Positions 51,231 to 59,208 of a stretch of DNA of 64,000 nt are shown one piece after another. The stretch comes from Candidatus Anstonella stagnisolia (GTDB lineage: Archaea; Micrarchaeota; Micrarchaeia; Anstonellales; Anstonellaceae). Positions within the stretch are counted from its first letter, which is position 1. The number at the start of each line of letters is the position of its first letter. The notes beneath the pieces are model-generated. The model made no database searches, was not told the origin of the DNA, and saw nothing but the letters and a program-made list of their open reading frames with translations. The translations under genes and the position numbers were made by a program. The DNA lies in the NCBI GenBank assembly GCA_902384585.1, contig CABMCJ010000001.1, positions 671-64,670 on the forward strand, in the 5' to 3' direction.

Positions 51231-52205
51231 TTATTTCAGGAAAAGCCCTTCAAACGGCTTGTTTTTCAACTCTATAATCCTCAGCGCAGCCATTATGAAA
51301 ACAGTCAGCCGTATGCCAGAGTCGTCCCCTGCCAGGTCCAAATGCCCTTTTTCCAACGCAGTCTCGAATTGGCCGAACATCCATGTTTCCGTGCCGCTGA
51401 TTTTCACGCCTTTCCCAAGCTCTCCTTTCGCATATTCGCAAAACTGCGCCGCCACACTTATTTTTGCCTCTGGCGTAAGCACGTGCTTTTCAAGGATTTT
51501 TGCAAGCATTGCTATGCCCTCAAAACTAGCTATGCCCCTTGTATCCGCCGCCAAATATATGTTCGCCTTGTTTAGCAACCCTGCATTTCTCTCCGCGAAT
51601 TTTTGTATCGCATACACTTCGTGCTCTGCGAATTCCTCCCTAAACAGGGAATTAAGCAGCATGTGGGTCAGGGTCTCAAGCATTGCCTCATCTGCTTTCA
51701 TCCCATTGATCTCAGCCCGGGCACTCTCCATCTCGCGCTGCGCAGCGCGTGCCCTGGGGCCGCTGCCTTCCTTCCCTGCGGTTTCCAATTTTTCCCCTGC
51801 GCCCTTCAATTTTGCCCTTGCAGCCATAAGACCTGAAAAAGAGCCTGCGTTCAAATCAAGCACTATCCCGTAATCCGTGCTCCTGAATTCCCTTACGTAT
51901 TGTGCGGCTTGGCGCAGCGTGATTCCAATCGCCACAAGCTCCTGCAAAAAAACAATTGCCTCTGACTGGTATTTCACGTCCCTGCTTGATTCGGGTTTCT
52001 TCCAGTCGTCTTTTTCATAGAGTGCGTTCCAGCGCTGCACGCTGCCCCTCTTTTCTTCTTCCAGCCTAATCGTGCCCTCCACTCCCAGCTTCATGCAAGC
52101 CCAGCTGCGCACTGCTGGTGCGGGCGCAGCACTGCCCGCACTCTGCTCCCTGTTTATTTGCACCTGCAAGTCCTTTAGCCTTCTATTCATTTTTCCACCA
52201 TTCAA
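51231..52205 (-). CDS. Hypothetical protein (324 aa), opposite strand to the surrounding conserved cluster
   Basis: ORF track only. Alpha-helical and charged, with no motif I recognise. Confidence 0.5.
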   Translation of the reverse strand: MNGGKMNRRLKDLQVQINREQSAGSAAPAPAVRSWACMKLGVEGTIRLEEEKRGSVQRWNALYEKDDWKKPESSRDVKYQSEAIVFLQELVAIGITLRQAAQYVREFRSTDYGIVLDLNAGSFSGLMAARAKLKGAGEKLETAGKEGSGPRARAAQREMESARAEINGMKADEAMLETLTHMLLNSLFREEFAEHEVYAIQKFAERNAGLLNKANIYLAADTRGIASFEGIAMLAKILEKHVLTPEAKISVAAQFCEYAKGELGKGVKISGTETWMFGQFETALEKGHLDLAGDDSGIRLTVFIMAALRIIELKNKPFEGLFLK

Positions 52206-52389
52206 AAACCCAGAACCAAACGTATGTTTTATGCCGCAAACCTTATTTAAAGTTATTCTTAATTGAAATGCATGTTAATTTATGCGCAACGCTTTCAATG
52301 CAATAAGGCTTTTAAACATGTTCTGAGATAAAAATAAGCTTTTTAAGCAGGTAAGAACCGCTTAATTACGGGTAGAAAGAGGTATTTTT

Positions 52390-52713
52390 ATGACATCTCC
52401 AAAAAACAGGTCAAACTCAGTGCGCAAAGTGAAGAGGCGCACCCCGCAGGGGACAACGACTATTTACAAGAGGCGCGTGAAGGGAATGAAGCACGCGTGC
52501 GCAGTGTGCAAGGGAAACCTGCACGCAACGCACTCACTCCCCTCTCTTCCAAAGAGCGCGCGCCACCCGACACGCATTTACGGGGGCAACCTCTGCCACA
52601 TGTGCACCGGAAAGGCGATAATATACGCACAGAGGGTAAAGGACGGCTCAATGCAGGAAACAGAGGTTGAAATCCTCCTGCTCCCCTATGTAAAGCCTTT
52701 GCTGAAAAAATAA
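52390..52713 (+). CDS. rpl34e: Ribosomal protein eL34
   Basis: RSNSVRKVKRRTPQGTTTIYKRRVKGMKHACAVCKGNLH. Confidence 0.9.
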   Translation: MTSPKNRSNSVRKVKRRTPQGTTTIYKRRVKGMKHACAVCKGNLHATHSLPSLPKSARHPTRIYGGNLCHMCTGKAIIYAQRVKDGSMQETEVEILLLPYVKPLLKK

Positions 52714-52729
52714 GTTCTTCGTGAGCAAA

Positions 52730-53251
52730 ATGATAATTTGCGTGGGCGGATTTACTGCATGCGGCAAGAACACAGTGGGCAAATACGTTGCAGAAGCGCT
52801 CGGCTTGCGCATCGTGGACCCCACGTTCAAGGACCTGGCCGCATTGGAAGGAATCCCACTCATGGAATTCCAGAAGAAAGCCGCAGAAAGCAAGAACGGC
52901 GAAATAGACAGGAAATTCGACGATGAGCTGCGCAGGCAGGCATCTGCAGGCAACTGCGTTATAACTACCTGGCTTGCGCCCTGGATGGTAAAAAACGCGG
53001 ACTTTCGCGTATGGCTTGTGGCTTCTGAAAAGGTGCGCGCAAAGCGCCTCGCAGGAAGGGAAGGCATGAGTGAGGAAGAAGCGATTGCGCACATAAAAAA
53101 ACGCGATGCGGACAACATCGCCCGCTACAAGAAAGTGTACGGGATAGACATAACGAAACATGAAATTTTTGATTTGCAAATAAACGTGGAAAAAATAGGT
53201 GCAAAGGAAGTTGCGGAAAAAATTGTGAAAGCAATAAAGGAAAAACAGTGA
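52730..53251 (+). CDS. cmk: Cytidylate kinase, archaeal type
   Basis: MIICVGGFTACGKNTVGKYVAEALGL, and conserved position. Confidence 0.85.
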   Translation: MIICVGGFTACGKNTVGKYVAEALGLRIVDPTFKDLAALEGIPLMEFQKKAAESKNGEIDRKFDDELRRQASAGNCVITTWLAPWMVKNADFRVWLVASEKVRAKRLAGREGMSEEEAIAHIKKRDADNIARYKKVYGIDITKHEIFDLQINVEKIGAKEVAEKIVKAIKEKQ

Positions 53252-53272
53252 AGAAAAATAAAGGTGATTTGG

Positions 53273-53449
53273 ATGGTTGCAATAAAACAGGGAAGAATAT
53301 GCGTAATTACGGCGGGCCGCGACGCAGGCAAAAAGGCAATAGTGACAGGCGTTCTCGAGGGCAATTTTGTTGAAGTTTCAGTCGGAAACAAAAAAAGGCG
53401 CGCTTCAATTCGCCACCTCGAGCCCACAAAAGACGTAGCCTCAGTATAA
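53273..53449 (+). CDS. rpl14e: Ribosomal protein eL14 (short form)
   Basis: MVAIKQGRICVITAGRDAGKKAIV (KOW). The ATG follows GGTGAT. Confidence 0.85.
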   Translation: MVAIKQGRICVITAGRDAGKKAIVTGVLEGNFVEVSVGNKKRRASIRHLEPTKDVASV

Positions 53450-53459
53450 GGTGGCTGCC

Positions 53460-54410
53460 ATGCTCAAGCTGGCAGACTGCTCCACAGACGACAAATACGG
53501 AACCTACCCAGCGAAGCGCACAATCGAGCAAATTCTGTCTTCCTGCATCGTGATAGTGGACAAGCCCCAGGGACCCACCTCACACGAGGTTGATGCTATT
53601 GCAAAACGCCTATTGCATGCCTCAAAAAGCGGGCATGCGGGAACGCTTGACCCCCAAGTTTCCGGCGTGCTTCCAGTCGGAATAAACCGCGCAACCCCTC
53701 TTTTGCACTACCTTTCAGGCGAAAAGAAGGAATACGTGTGCCTTATGCGCTTTAAAAAGCCCCACGACGACAAATTCATCCTGAATTTGCTCAAATCGCA
53801 GGTTGGGGCCATCACACAAACCCCTCCAGCACTTTCCGCCGTGCGAAAGGTGCCCCGCAAGAGAAACATTTATTATATTGATGTGCACCAAATAAAGGAT
53901 ACCGACGTGCTTTTTAGCGTAGGATGTGAAGCAGGGACTTACATACGGACCCTTTGTTCCGACGTGGGAAAAAAATGTGGCGGAGCTTCAATGCTCGAGC
54001 TGCGTCGTATTTCCGTTGGGGGAATACGCGAGGAGACGGCGGTGAATTTGCAGGCGCTTTCGGATGCGGCATGGCTGCATTTTGAGCGCAAGGATGAGAC
54101 GAAGCTTCGTCCCCTCCTTAAACTGCCGGAGGATTTGATTACCCTCCCAAAGATGTTCATAAAAGACTCGGCGATAGAAGCAGTGTGCGCTGGCGCTCCC
54201 CTGAGCGCAAAAGGCATATGCTCGCTCTCCGAGGAAATAAGAAAGGGATTGAACTTTGCGGCATTCAGCCTCAAGGGCGAACTGGTTGCAATATGCAACT
54301 CCCTCGCCGATGCGGATGAAATCGCAAAGATGCAACAGGGCATTGTAGGGAAGCCCGTGCGCGTATGCATGCAGCGCGGCACTTACCCAAAATGCTGGCA
54401 AAAAAAGTGA
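53460..54410 (+). CDS. cbf5: tRNA/rRNA pseudouridine synthase Cbf5 (TruB family plus PUA)
   Basis: VDKPQGPTSHEV...GHAGTLDPQVSGVLPVGINRAT, with a C-terminal PUA-like region. Confidence 0.92.
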   Translation: MLKLADCSTDDKYGTYPAKRTIEQILSSCIVIVDKPQGPTSHEVDAIAKRLLHASKSGHAGTLDPQVSGVLPVGINRATPLLHYLSGEKKEYVCLMRFKKPHDDKFILNLLKSQVGAITQTPPALSAVRKVPRKRNIYYIDVHQIKDTDVLFSVGCEAGTYIRTLCSDVGKKCGGASMLELRRISVGGIREETAVNLQALSDAAWLHFERKDETKLRPLLKLPEDLITLPKMFIKDSAIEAVCAGAPLSAKGICSLSEEIRKGLNFAAFSLKGELVAICNSLADADEIAKMQQGIVGKPVRVCMQRGTYPKCWQKK

Positions 54411-54433
54411 AAAGTTCATGCGTAATGGCGAAT

Positions 54434-54683
54434 GCCGGGGTCGCATAACCTGGTAGTGCGCACGCCTGGAAGAACCCTTTTGCTCGCTCCAGATTGGAGT
54501 GCCCTAACGGGCACTGCTCTCGCGAACGTTCGCGTTCGCTCGATGGGGACGCGCAAAAGCGTTGACGGAAAATCGTCAGCGGATAAGATAATGATATCCA
54601 GCAAGCGTGTGGTCGCAAGGCCGTATGGGTTCAGCGCCCCTTTCGCATGGAAAATGGCGCGCCCAAAAATCCCATTCCCGGCG
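54434..54683 (+). tRNA. tRNA-Ser (anticodon GGA) with 132-nt intron at 37/38 (54472..54603) and a putative ~34-nt T-loop intron (about 54634..54667)
   Basis: Manual fold: acceptor GCCGGGG/TCCCGGC, D stem GCAT/GTGC, anticodon stem CACGC/GCGTG, loop CT-GGA-A|A. The long variable arm is GGTC-GCAA-GGCC. The T arm ATGGG-TTCA[...]AAT-CCCAT is assembled only after removing an insert. Discriminator G. Intron 1 has the central helix CTGG/CCAG and the ca|A bulge. Intron 2 boundaries and BHB are not resolved. Confidence 0.6.
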
Positions 54684-54752
54684 TCGCCCTTATGTTCAGG
54701 ATGAAATTATGATGGAATGTCCGGCAAAGAATAACAGAAATATCACGGTGAT

Positions 54753-55547
54753 ATGATGGAAAAAAATGAGAAGAAAGATTCGCAAATGCGCGATGACAAA
54801 AAAGACAAGGCAGCAGAAAAGGCAATCATAAAGAAGCCTTTCCAGCATCAGCAGGCTGCGCAGCAAATAATACGCGGTGCAGACGGAAAGGAAATCCGCG
54901 GCATTGTGCGCTTGGCCGGAAAGGACATCAAAGGGCAAGTTTCCCTTTCAAATTCCATCACGCGCGTGAAGGGCATTGGCACAAACCTTGCAAAAGCAAT
55001 TTCATCCATAGTTACAAAAGAGCTCGGCGTGCAGCCCAACACGATGGTGGGCGAACTCGACGAGAAGCAGGTAGGCAGGCTTGAGTACGTTCTCTCGCAC
55101 CCCTCAGAATTTGGAGTTCCTTCTTTCATGCTCAACCGCCAAAAAGACATTGAGACAGGCGAGGACATCCACCTCATAGGCACGGACCTTACATACCGCA
55201 CGCAGCAGGACGTCGGATTGCAGAGGGACATTTACACATGGCGCGGCTACCGCCATGCATACGGGCAAAAAGTTCGCGGACAGCGAACGCGCACAACCGG
55301 CAGGACCGGAATGACAGTCGGAGTTCTCAGGAAAAGCATTATGGCAAAGGCAGGCGGCGCGGCAGCCGCAACAACAGGTGCAGCAGCACAGGCAGCAGGC
55401 GCAGCTCCAGTCCCTGGGGCAAAGCCGGCAGCAGGTGCAGCTCCCAAGGCAGCAGCCCCTGCAGCAGGCGCAAAGCCGGCAGCAGGTGCAGCCCCCAAGG
55501 CAGCCGCAGCAGCAAAGCCAGCAGCAAAGCCTGCGGAGAAAAAATAA
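54753..55547 (+). CDS. rps13: Ribosomal protein uS13 with N-terminal (~45 aa) and A/K/P-rich C-terminal (~60 aa) extensions
   Basis: IVRLAGKDIKGQVSLSNSITRVKGIGTNLAKAI...YRHAYGQKVRGQRTRTTGR. The tail is AAGAAPVPGAKPAAGAAPKAAAPAAGAKPAAGAAPKAAAAAKPAAKPAEKK. Confidence 0.92.
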   Translation: MMEKNEKKDSQMRDDKKDKAAEKAIIKKPFQHQQAAQQIIRGADGKEIRGIVRLAGKDIKGQVSLSNSITRVKGIGTNLAKAISSIVTKELGVQPNTMVGELDEKQVGRLEYVLSHPSEFGVPSFMLNRQKDIETGEDIHLIGTDLTYRTQQDVGLQRDIYTWRGYRHAYGQKVRGQRTRTTGRTGMTVGVLRKSIMAKAGGAAAATTGAAAQAAGAAPVPGAKPAAGAAPKAAAPAAGAKPAAGAAPKAAAAAKPAAKPAEKK

Positions 55548-55564
55548 TTTTTTAGGTGATTTTA

Positions 55565-56125
55565 ATGGGTGACCCAAGAAGGCTGACAAAAAAGCACGAA
55601 ACCCCGAGAAAGGTTTTTGATGCGGAAAGGATTTCCACGGAAAGCGCGCTCAAGCGCGAATACGGCTTGAGGAACACGCGCGAGCTGTGGGTAACCCTCA
55701 AGGAGCTGAAGAAAATCCGCCGCGAGGCAAGAAGGCTTCTCTCCCTTGGCGAAAAAGGCAAGGAAGAGAGCACTAAAATACTTGCAAAGCTTTCCAAGCT
55801 TGGTGTAATAACAAAACAGGACGCAACGCTCGAGGATTTGCTCACAGTCACAGTGCGCGACTTTTTGGAGAGGCGCCTGCAGACGCGCGTGATGCGCCGC
55901 TCGCTTGCGCGCACAATGCGCCAGTCCCGCCAGCTCGTGACGCACGGTTTCATCTCGATAAACGGCAAGAAGGTGAACATCCCAAGCTACATGGTGAGCG
56001 TTTCCGAGGAACCTGCGGTTTCCTACTACAAGGCAATAGACGTTTCAGTCCCCGAGGTTGCGCAAAAGCCAAAGCGAAGCGCACACACGGAAGAGGCTGC
56101 CGAAGCGGCACCTGCAGCGGCATAA
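55565..56125 (+). CDS. rps4: Ribosomal protein uS4
   Basis: [16 protein letters not shown]...[24 protein letters not shown]. Confidence 0.93.
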   Translation: MGDPRRLTKKHETPRKVFDAERISTESALKREYGLRNTRELWVTLKELKKIRREARRLLSLGEKGKEESTKILAKLSKLGVITKQDATLEDLLTVTVRDFLERRLQTRVMRRSLARTMRQSRQLVTHGFISINGKKVNIPSYMVSVSEEPAVSYYKAIDVSVPEVAQKPKRSAHTEEAAEAAPAAA

Positions 56126-56135
56126 GGTGATACTA

Positions 56136-56783
56136 ATGGCAGAGAACGAAGAAAAAAAACACGAGAAAAAAACACAAGTTGCAAAGGAAACAAAGCACGC
56201 TGAAAAAACCGCAGCCCATGCAACGCCGGCAAACGCACCGGCGCAAAATGCTCCGGCAGCAGCAGGCGCAGCACCCTCCGCTCCAACAGCAACACCTGCA
56301 ACTTCAACTTCTGCTCCGGCAGGCGCGGCCACAACTGCTGGTGCAGCAACGCCTGCAGCAGGCGCAGCACCCTCCACGATTCCACCATACAAGCGCGGCC
56401 CCCTGAAATGGGCAATTGCGCACGTGTATTCCTCAAAGAACGACACAATAATCACTATAACCGACCTCTCAGGCGCAGAGACAATCTCAAAGGCATCAGG
56501 CGGGATGATTGTGAAGGCTGACAGGGAGGAAGGAAAGCCCTATGCAGCAATGCAGGCTGCAATAAAGGCGGTCGAAGGCGCAAAGAACCGCGGCATAACC
56601 GGATTGCACATCCGCATACGCGCACCGGGCGGGCACGGCTCGCTCACTCCAGGCGCAGGCGCGCAATCAGTTGTGCGCACAACCGCGAGGATGGGAGTTC
56701 GCGTAGGAAAGATAGAGGACGTTACCCCGACGCCGACTGACACTACAAAGAGGCCAGGCGGCAGGCGCGGCAGGCGTGTATAA
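56136..56783 (+). CDS. rps11: Ribosomal protein uS11 with ~95-aa K/E then A/P/T-rich N-terminal extension
   Basis: Core is [33 protein letters not shown]...[11 protein letters not shown]. The ATG at 56136 follows AGGTGAT; the ORF-track start at 56058 overlaps uS4. Confidence 0.92.
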   Translation: MAENEEKKHEKKTQVAKETKHAEKTAAHATPANAPAQNAPAAAGAAPSAPTATPATSTSAPAGAATTAGAATPAAGAAPSTIPPYKRGPLKWAIAHVYSSKNDTIITITDLSGAETISKASGGMIVKADREEGKPYAAMQAAIKAVEGAKNRGITGLHIRIRAPGGHGSLTPGAGAQSVVRTTARMGVRVGKIEDVTPTPTDTTKRPGGRRGRRV

Positions 56784-56795
56784 CGAGGTGAACGA

Positions 56796-57389
56796 ATGGC
56801 TATCAAGGTTGAAATTGAAAAGGAAAGCGGGAACAAGATGCGCTTTACTGCAAAGGGCATCCCCGTATCTTTCGCGAATTTGCTTCGCCGCTACTGCATG
56901 TCCCACGTGCCGGTGTTCGCAATAGACAAGGCGATGGTGTACGAGAACGGCTCCGCGCTTTTTGACGAGTACATTGCAAACCGCATAGGGCTCATACCGC
57001 TGCGCATGGCAAGCGGATACTCCGCGGAGGACGAAATCCTCTTCTCCCTTGATGCCCGCGGCCCCTGCCAGGTATATTCAGGCGATCTAAAGAGCATGGA
57101 CGCAAAAATAAAAGTCGCGCCAGGGTACGACGAAATACCAATCATAAAACTCCTTGAGAACCAGTCCCTTCGCCTTGAGGCAAAGGCAAAACTGGGCACG
57201 GGGAAAACGCACGCAAAATTCCAGACAGGGCTTTGCGGGTATGAAATAAAGGACGACGAATACCATTTTGTCCTTGAATCTTTCATGCAGCTTGAGCCGC
57301 GCGCGCTTCTGCTTGCGGCATCCTCGCTCCTTGAGGAACGCTGCGGCGAATTTGAAAAAGCACTGGAGGGAATCAAGAAGCACGCATGA
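56796..57389 (+). CDS. rpoD: DNA-directed RNA polymerase subunit D (Rpo3), short form
   Basis: FANLLRRYCMSHVPVFAIDKAMVYENGSALFDEYIANRIGLIPL. Only 197 aa, with no Cys cluster. Confidence 0.88.
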   Translation: MAIKVEIEKESGNKMRFTAKGIPVSFANLLRRYCMSHVPVFAIDKAMVYENGSALFDEYIANRIGLIPLRMASGYSAEDEILFSLDARGPCQVYSGDLKSMDAKIKVAPGYDEIPIIKLLENQSLRLEAKAKLGTGKTHAKFQTGLCGYEIKDDEYHFVLESFMQLEPRALLLAASSLLEERCGEFEKALEGIKKHA

Positions 57390-57407
57390 AGAACATCCGC
57401 TTAAGAA

Positions 57408-57492
57408 GTGGGGGTGGCAGAGCCTGGTCAAATGCGCTAGCTTGAGGGGCTAGTGACTTAGGTCTTCGAGGGTTCGAATCCCTTCCCCCACA
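57408..57492 (+). tRNA. tRNA-Leu (anticodon GAG), intron-less
   Basis: Acceptor GTGGGGG/CCCCCAC, anticodon stem CTAGC/GCTAG with loop TT-GAG-GG, variable arm GAC..GTC, T arm GAGGG-TTCGAAT-CCCTT, discriminator A. Confidence 0.85.
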
Positions 57493-57533
57493 TTGAACTA
57501 ATGAGAAAGAGTGACGAAGAATTTGGTGATAAC

Positions 57534-57851
57534 ATGAAAGAAAAGAAAGAGAACAAAAATTCAAAGAGCGCATTCTGGGAACGCGCATTTTCCCTTCTGC
57601 AAAAGCCGCGCAGGAGCAAGAAGGGAATGAACCTTTCCCGCCTCTCCAGCATTACAAAGGAGGGCGACACAGTGCTCGTTACAGACAAATTGCTGGGCAG
57701 TGGCAAAATGACGCATAAGCTCACGATTGCGTGCGACCGCTTTTCCGCATCCGCATCCGCTCTTTTGAAAAAAGCGGGCTGCAAGGTGCAAAGCATCGCG
57801 CAGCTTAGGAAAGAAAATCCGAAAGGGACAGGAGTAATGCTCGTAAAATAA
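57534..57851 (+). CDS. rpl18e: Ribosomal protein eL18
   Basis: NLSRLSSITKEGDTVLVTDKLLGSGKMTHKLTIACDRFSASASALLKKAG. The ATG at 57534 follows GGTGAT (the ORF-track start at 57501 is possible). Confidence 0.88.
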   Translation: MKEKKENKNSKSAFWERAFSLLQKPRRSKKGMNLSRLSSITKEGDTVLVTDKLLGSGKMTHKLTIACDRFSASASALLKKAGCKVQSIAQLRKENPKGTGVMLVK

Positions 57852-57883
57852 ACGAATAAATGCTTGTAAAAATAGGTGAGAGA

Positions 57884-58303
57884 ATGATTTATGTTGACGG
57901 GGAAAACGCCGTGTTCGGAAGGACCGGCACAAAAATTGCAAAAGCGCTTATAGCAGGAGAGAGCGTGCTGCTCTACAACTGCGAGAAAATGCGCCTCTCA
58001 GGCTCGCTTGAAGTGCAAAAGGCAAAGCTTGTTTCGCACCGCTCGCAGGTGAACAAGCGCGACCCCACAGAATCCCCGCACTGGCCGCGCGTCCCGAACC
58101 TCCTTGTGAGGCGCATGCTGCGCGGAATGCTCCCTTGGAGCTCCCAGCGCGGAAGGGACGCATACAAAAGATTGCACGTGCAAATCGGCGCGCCAGCTCA
58201 CATCCACGAGAAGATTACGAAGATGGAAGCAGCGAAAAAAGAGCTTGGGCAATCATTTACCATACTCCAGCTTTCGCAGGCGCTCGGATACCAGATGAGG
58301 TGA
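57884..58303 (+). CDS. rpl13: Ribosomal protein uL13
   Basis: MIYVDGENAVFGRTGTKIAKALIAGESVLLYNCEKMRLSG. The ATG follows GGTGAG. Confidence 0.92.
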   Translation: MIYVDGENAVFGRTGTKIAKALIAGESVLLYNCEKMRLSGSLEVQKAKLVSHRSQVNKRDPTESPHWPRVPNLLVRRMLRGMLPWSSQRGRDAYKRLHVQIGAPAHIHEKITKMEAAKKELGQSFTILQLSQALGYQMR

Positions 58304-58308
58304 ATTTG

Positions 58309-58749
58309 ATGGTTACAAAGAAAAAAGCAGCACCAAAGCACGCCAAAAAGGGCGGGCCAATAGTCGTTAGGGGCAAGAGGAAAGAAAGCGTTGCCCGCGC
58401 ATCCATAAAGAAGGGAAAGGGAAAAGTGCGCGTGAACCGCATGCTCCTCTCTGCACTTACAAACCCGTACGAGCGCGAAATAATAAACGAGCCGCTCACA
58501 ATGGCACCTGCAGTCGCATCCCAGATAGACGTGCAAATTGAAGTGCACGGCGGGGGCAGCATGGGGCAGGCGCAGGCAGCGCGCACAGCACTCGCCCGCG
58601 CGCTCGTAAAATTCACAGAGGATGCGGACCTCAAGTCCGCGTTCATGAAAAGGGACCGCTTCATAATGCTGGAGGATTCACGCCGCGTTGAGCCCAAGAA
58701 ATACAAGGGCCCCAAGGCGCGCGCGAGGTTCCAGAAATCTTACAGGTAA
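58309..58749 (+). CDS. rps9: Ribosomal protein uS9
   Basis: VVRGKRKESVARASIKKGKGKVRVN...GPKARARFQKSYR. The ATG follows GAGGTGA; the ORF-track start at 58135 overlaps uL13. Confidence 0.93.
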   Translation: MVTKKKAAPKHAKKGGPIVVRGKRKESVARASIKKGKGKVRVNRMLLSALTNPYEREIINEPLTMAPAVASQIDVQIEVHGGGSMGQAQAARTALARALVKFTEDADLKSAFMKRDRFIMLEDSRRVEPKKYKGPKARARFQKSYR

Positions 58750-58764
58750 ACACGAGGTGTATAT

Positions 58765-58962
58765 ATGTATTTTCCAATACGCTGTTTTACATGCGGCGCA
58801 GTGATAGGGCAGCAATACGCCGAGTATGAAAAGCGCGTGAAAGGCGGCGAGAACCCAGCGGAAGTGCTCACAGACATGGACGTTGAGCGCTACTGCTGCA
58901 GGCGCATGTTCCTCTCGCACGTGGAAGTAATGGACAAAGTAGTGAAATACGGAAAGCTTTAG
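58765..58962 (+). CDS. rpoN: DNA-directed RNA polymerase subunit N (Rpo10)
   Basis: MYFPIRCFTCGAVIGQQYAEY...YCCRRMFLSHVE. Confidence 0.93.
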   Translation: MYFPIRCFTCGAVIGQQYAEYEKRVKGGENPAEVLTDMDVERYCCRRMFLSHVEVMDKVVKYGKL

Positions 58963-58968
58963 ATTTAA

Positions 58969-59133
58969 GGGGTCATGGGGCAACCTGGCTAACCTACTGC
59001 CTTGGGGTGGCAGCGATCCGTGTTCAAACCTAGGGGGAACGTATGTGTTCCGAAAGTCCCCCTGAGGTCTCACCCCCTCTTCAAAACCGAAGAGGCGTGG
59101 TTGAAATCTCTGGTGAAAATCACGGTGACCCCA
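58969..59133 (+). tRNA. tRNA-Pro (anticodon GGG) with 91-nt intron in the T-loop at 59/60 (59029..59119)
   Basis: Acceptor GGGGTCA/TGACCCC, intact anticodon arm CTGCC-TTGGGGT-GGCAG, T stem CCGTG/CACGG, T-loop TTCAAA|...|T. BHB: central helix TTCA/TGAA, bulges AA|c and aa|T, outer helix CTAGGG/CTCTGG. Discriminator A. Confidence 0.75.
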
Positions 59134-59208
59134 TTTTTGTTAAAGGGTGATTCCGAAAGTGGTTTGCAGAAATGCAAAATTCTGCGGGACTCCCAAGAGG
59201 TTGAGAAT

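Noticed and set aside
54432-54704. 90-aa ORF downstream of cbf5.
   Set aside because: It coincides entirely with the intron-containing tRNA-Ser locus. The composition is RNA-structure-like, with palindromes, rather than coding.
56058-56135. Upstream starts of the uS11 ORF (56058) and the uS9 ORF (58135).
   Set aside because: They overlap the 3' ends of uS4 and uL13 in another frame. Canonical SD plus ATG sites occur at 56136 and 58309.
56796-57389. Short RpoD (197 aa) as a possible truncated pseudogene.
   Set aside because: The reading frame is intact, with an SD, and ends just before tRNA-Leu. Conserved dimerisation-domain motifs are present. It is more likely a natural compact form lacking the optional Fe-S domain.
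59002-59208. 69-codon N-terminal extension of uS2 in the ORF track.
   Set aside because: It overlaps the tRNA-Pro intron and 3' exon. The conserved uS2 N-terminus begins at the ATG at 59209, preceded by GAGGT.
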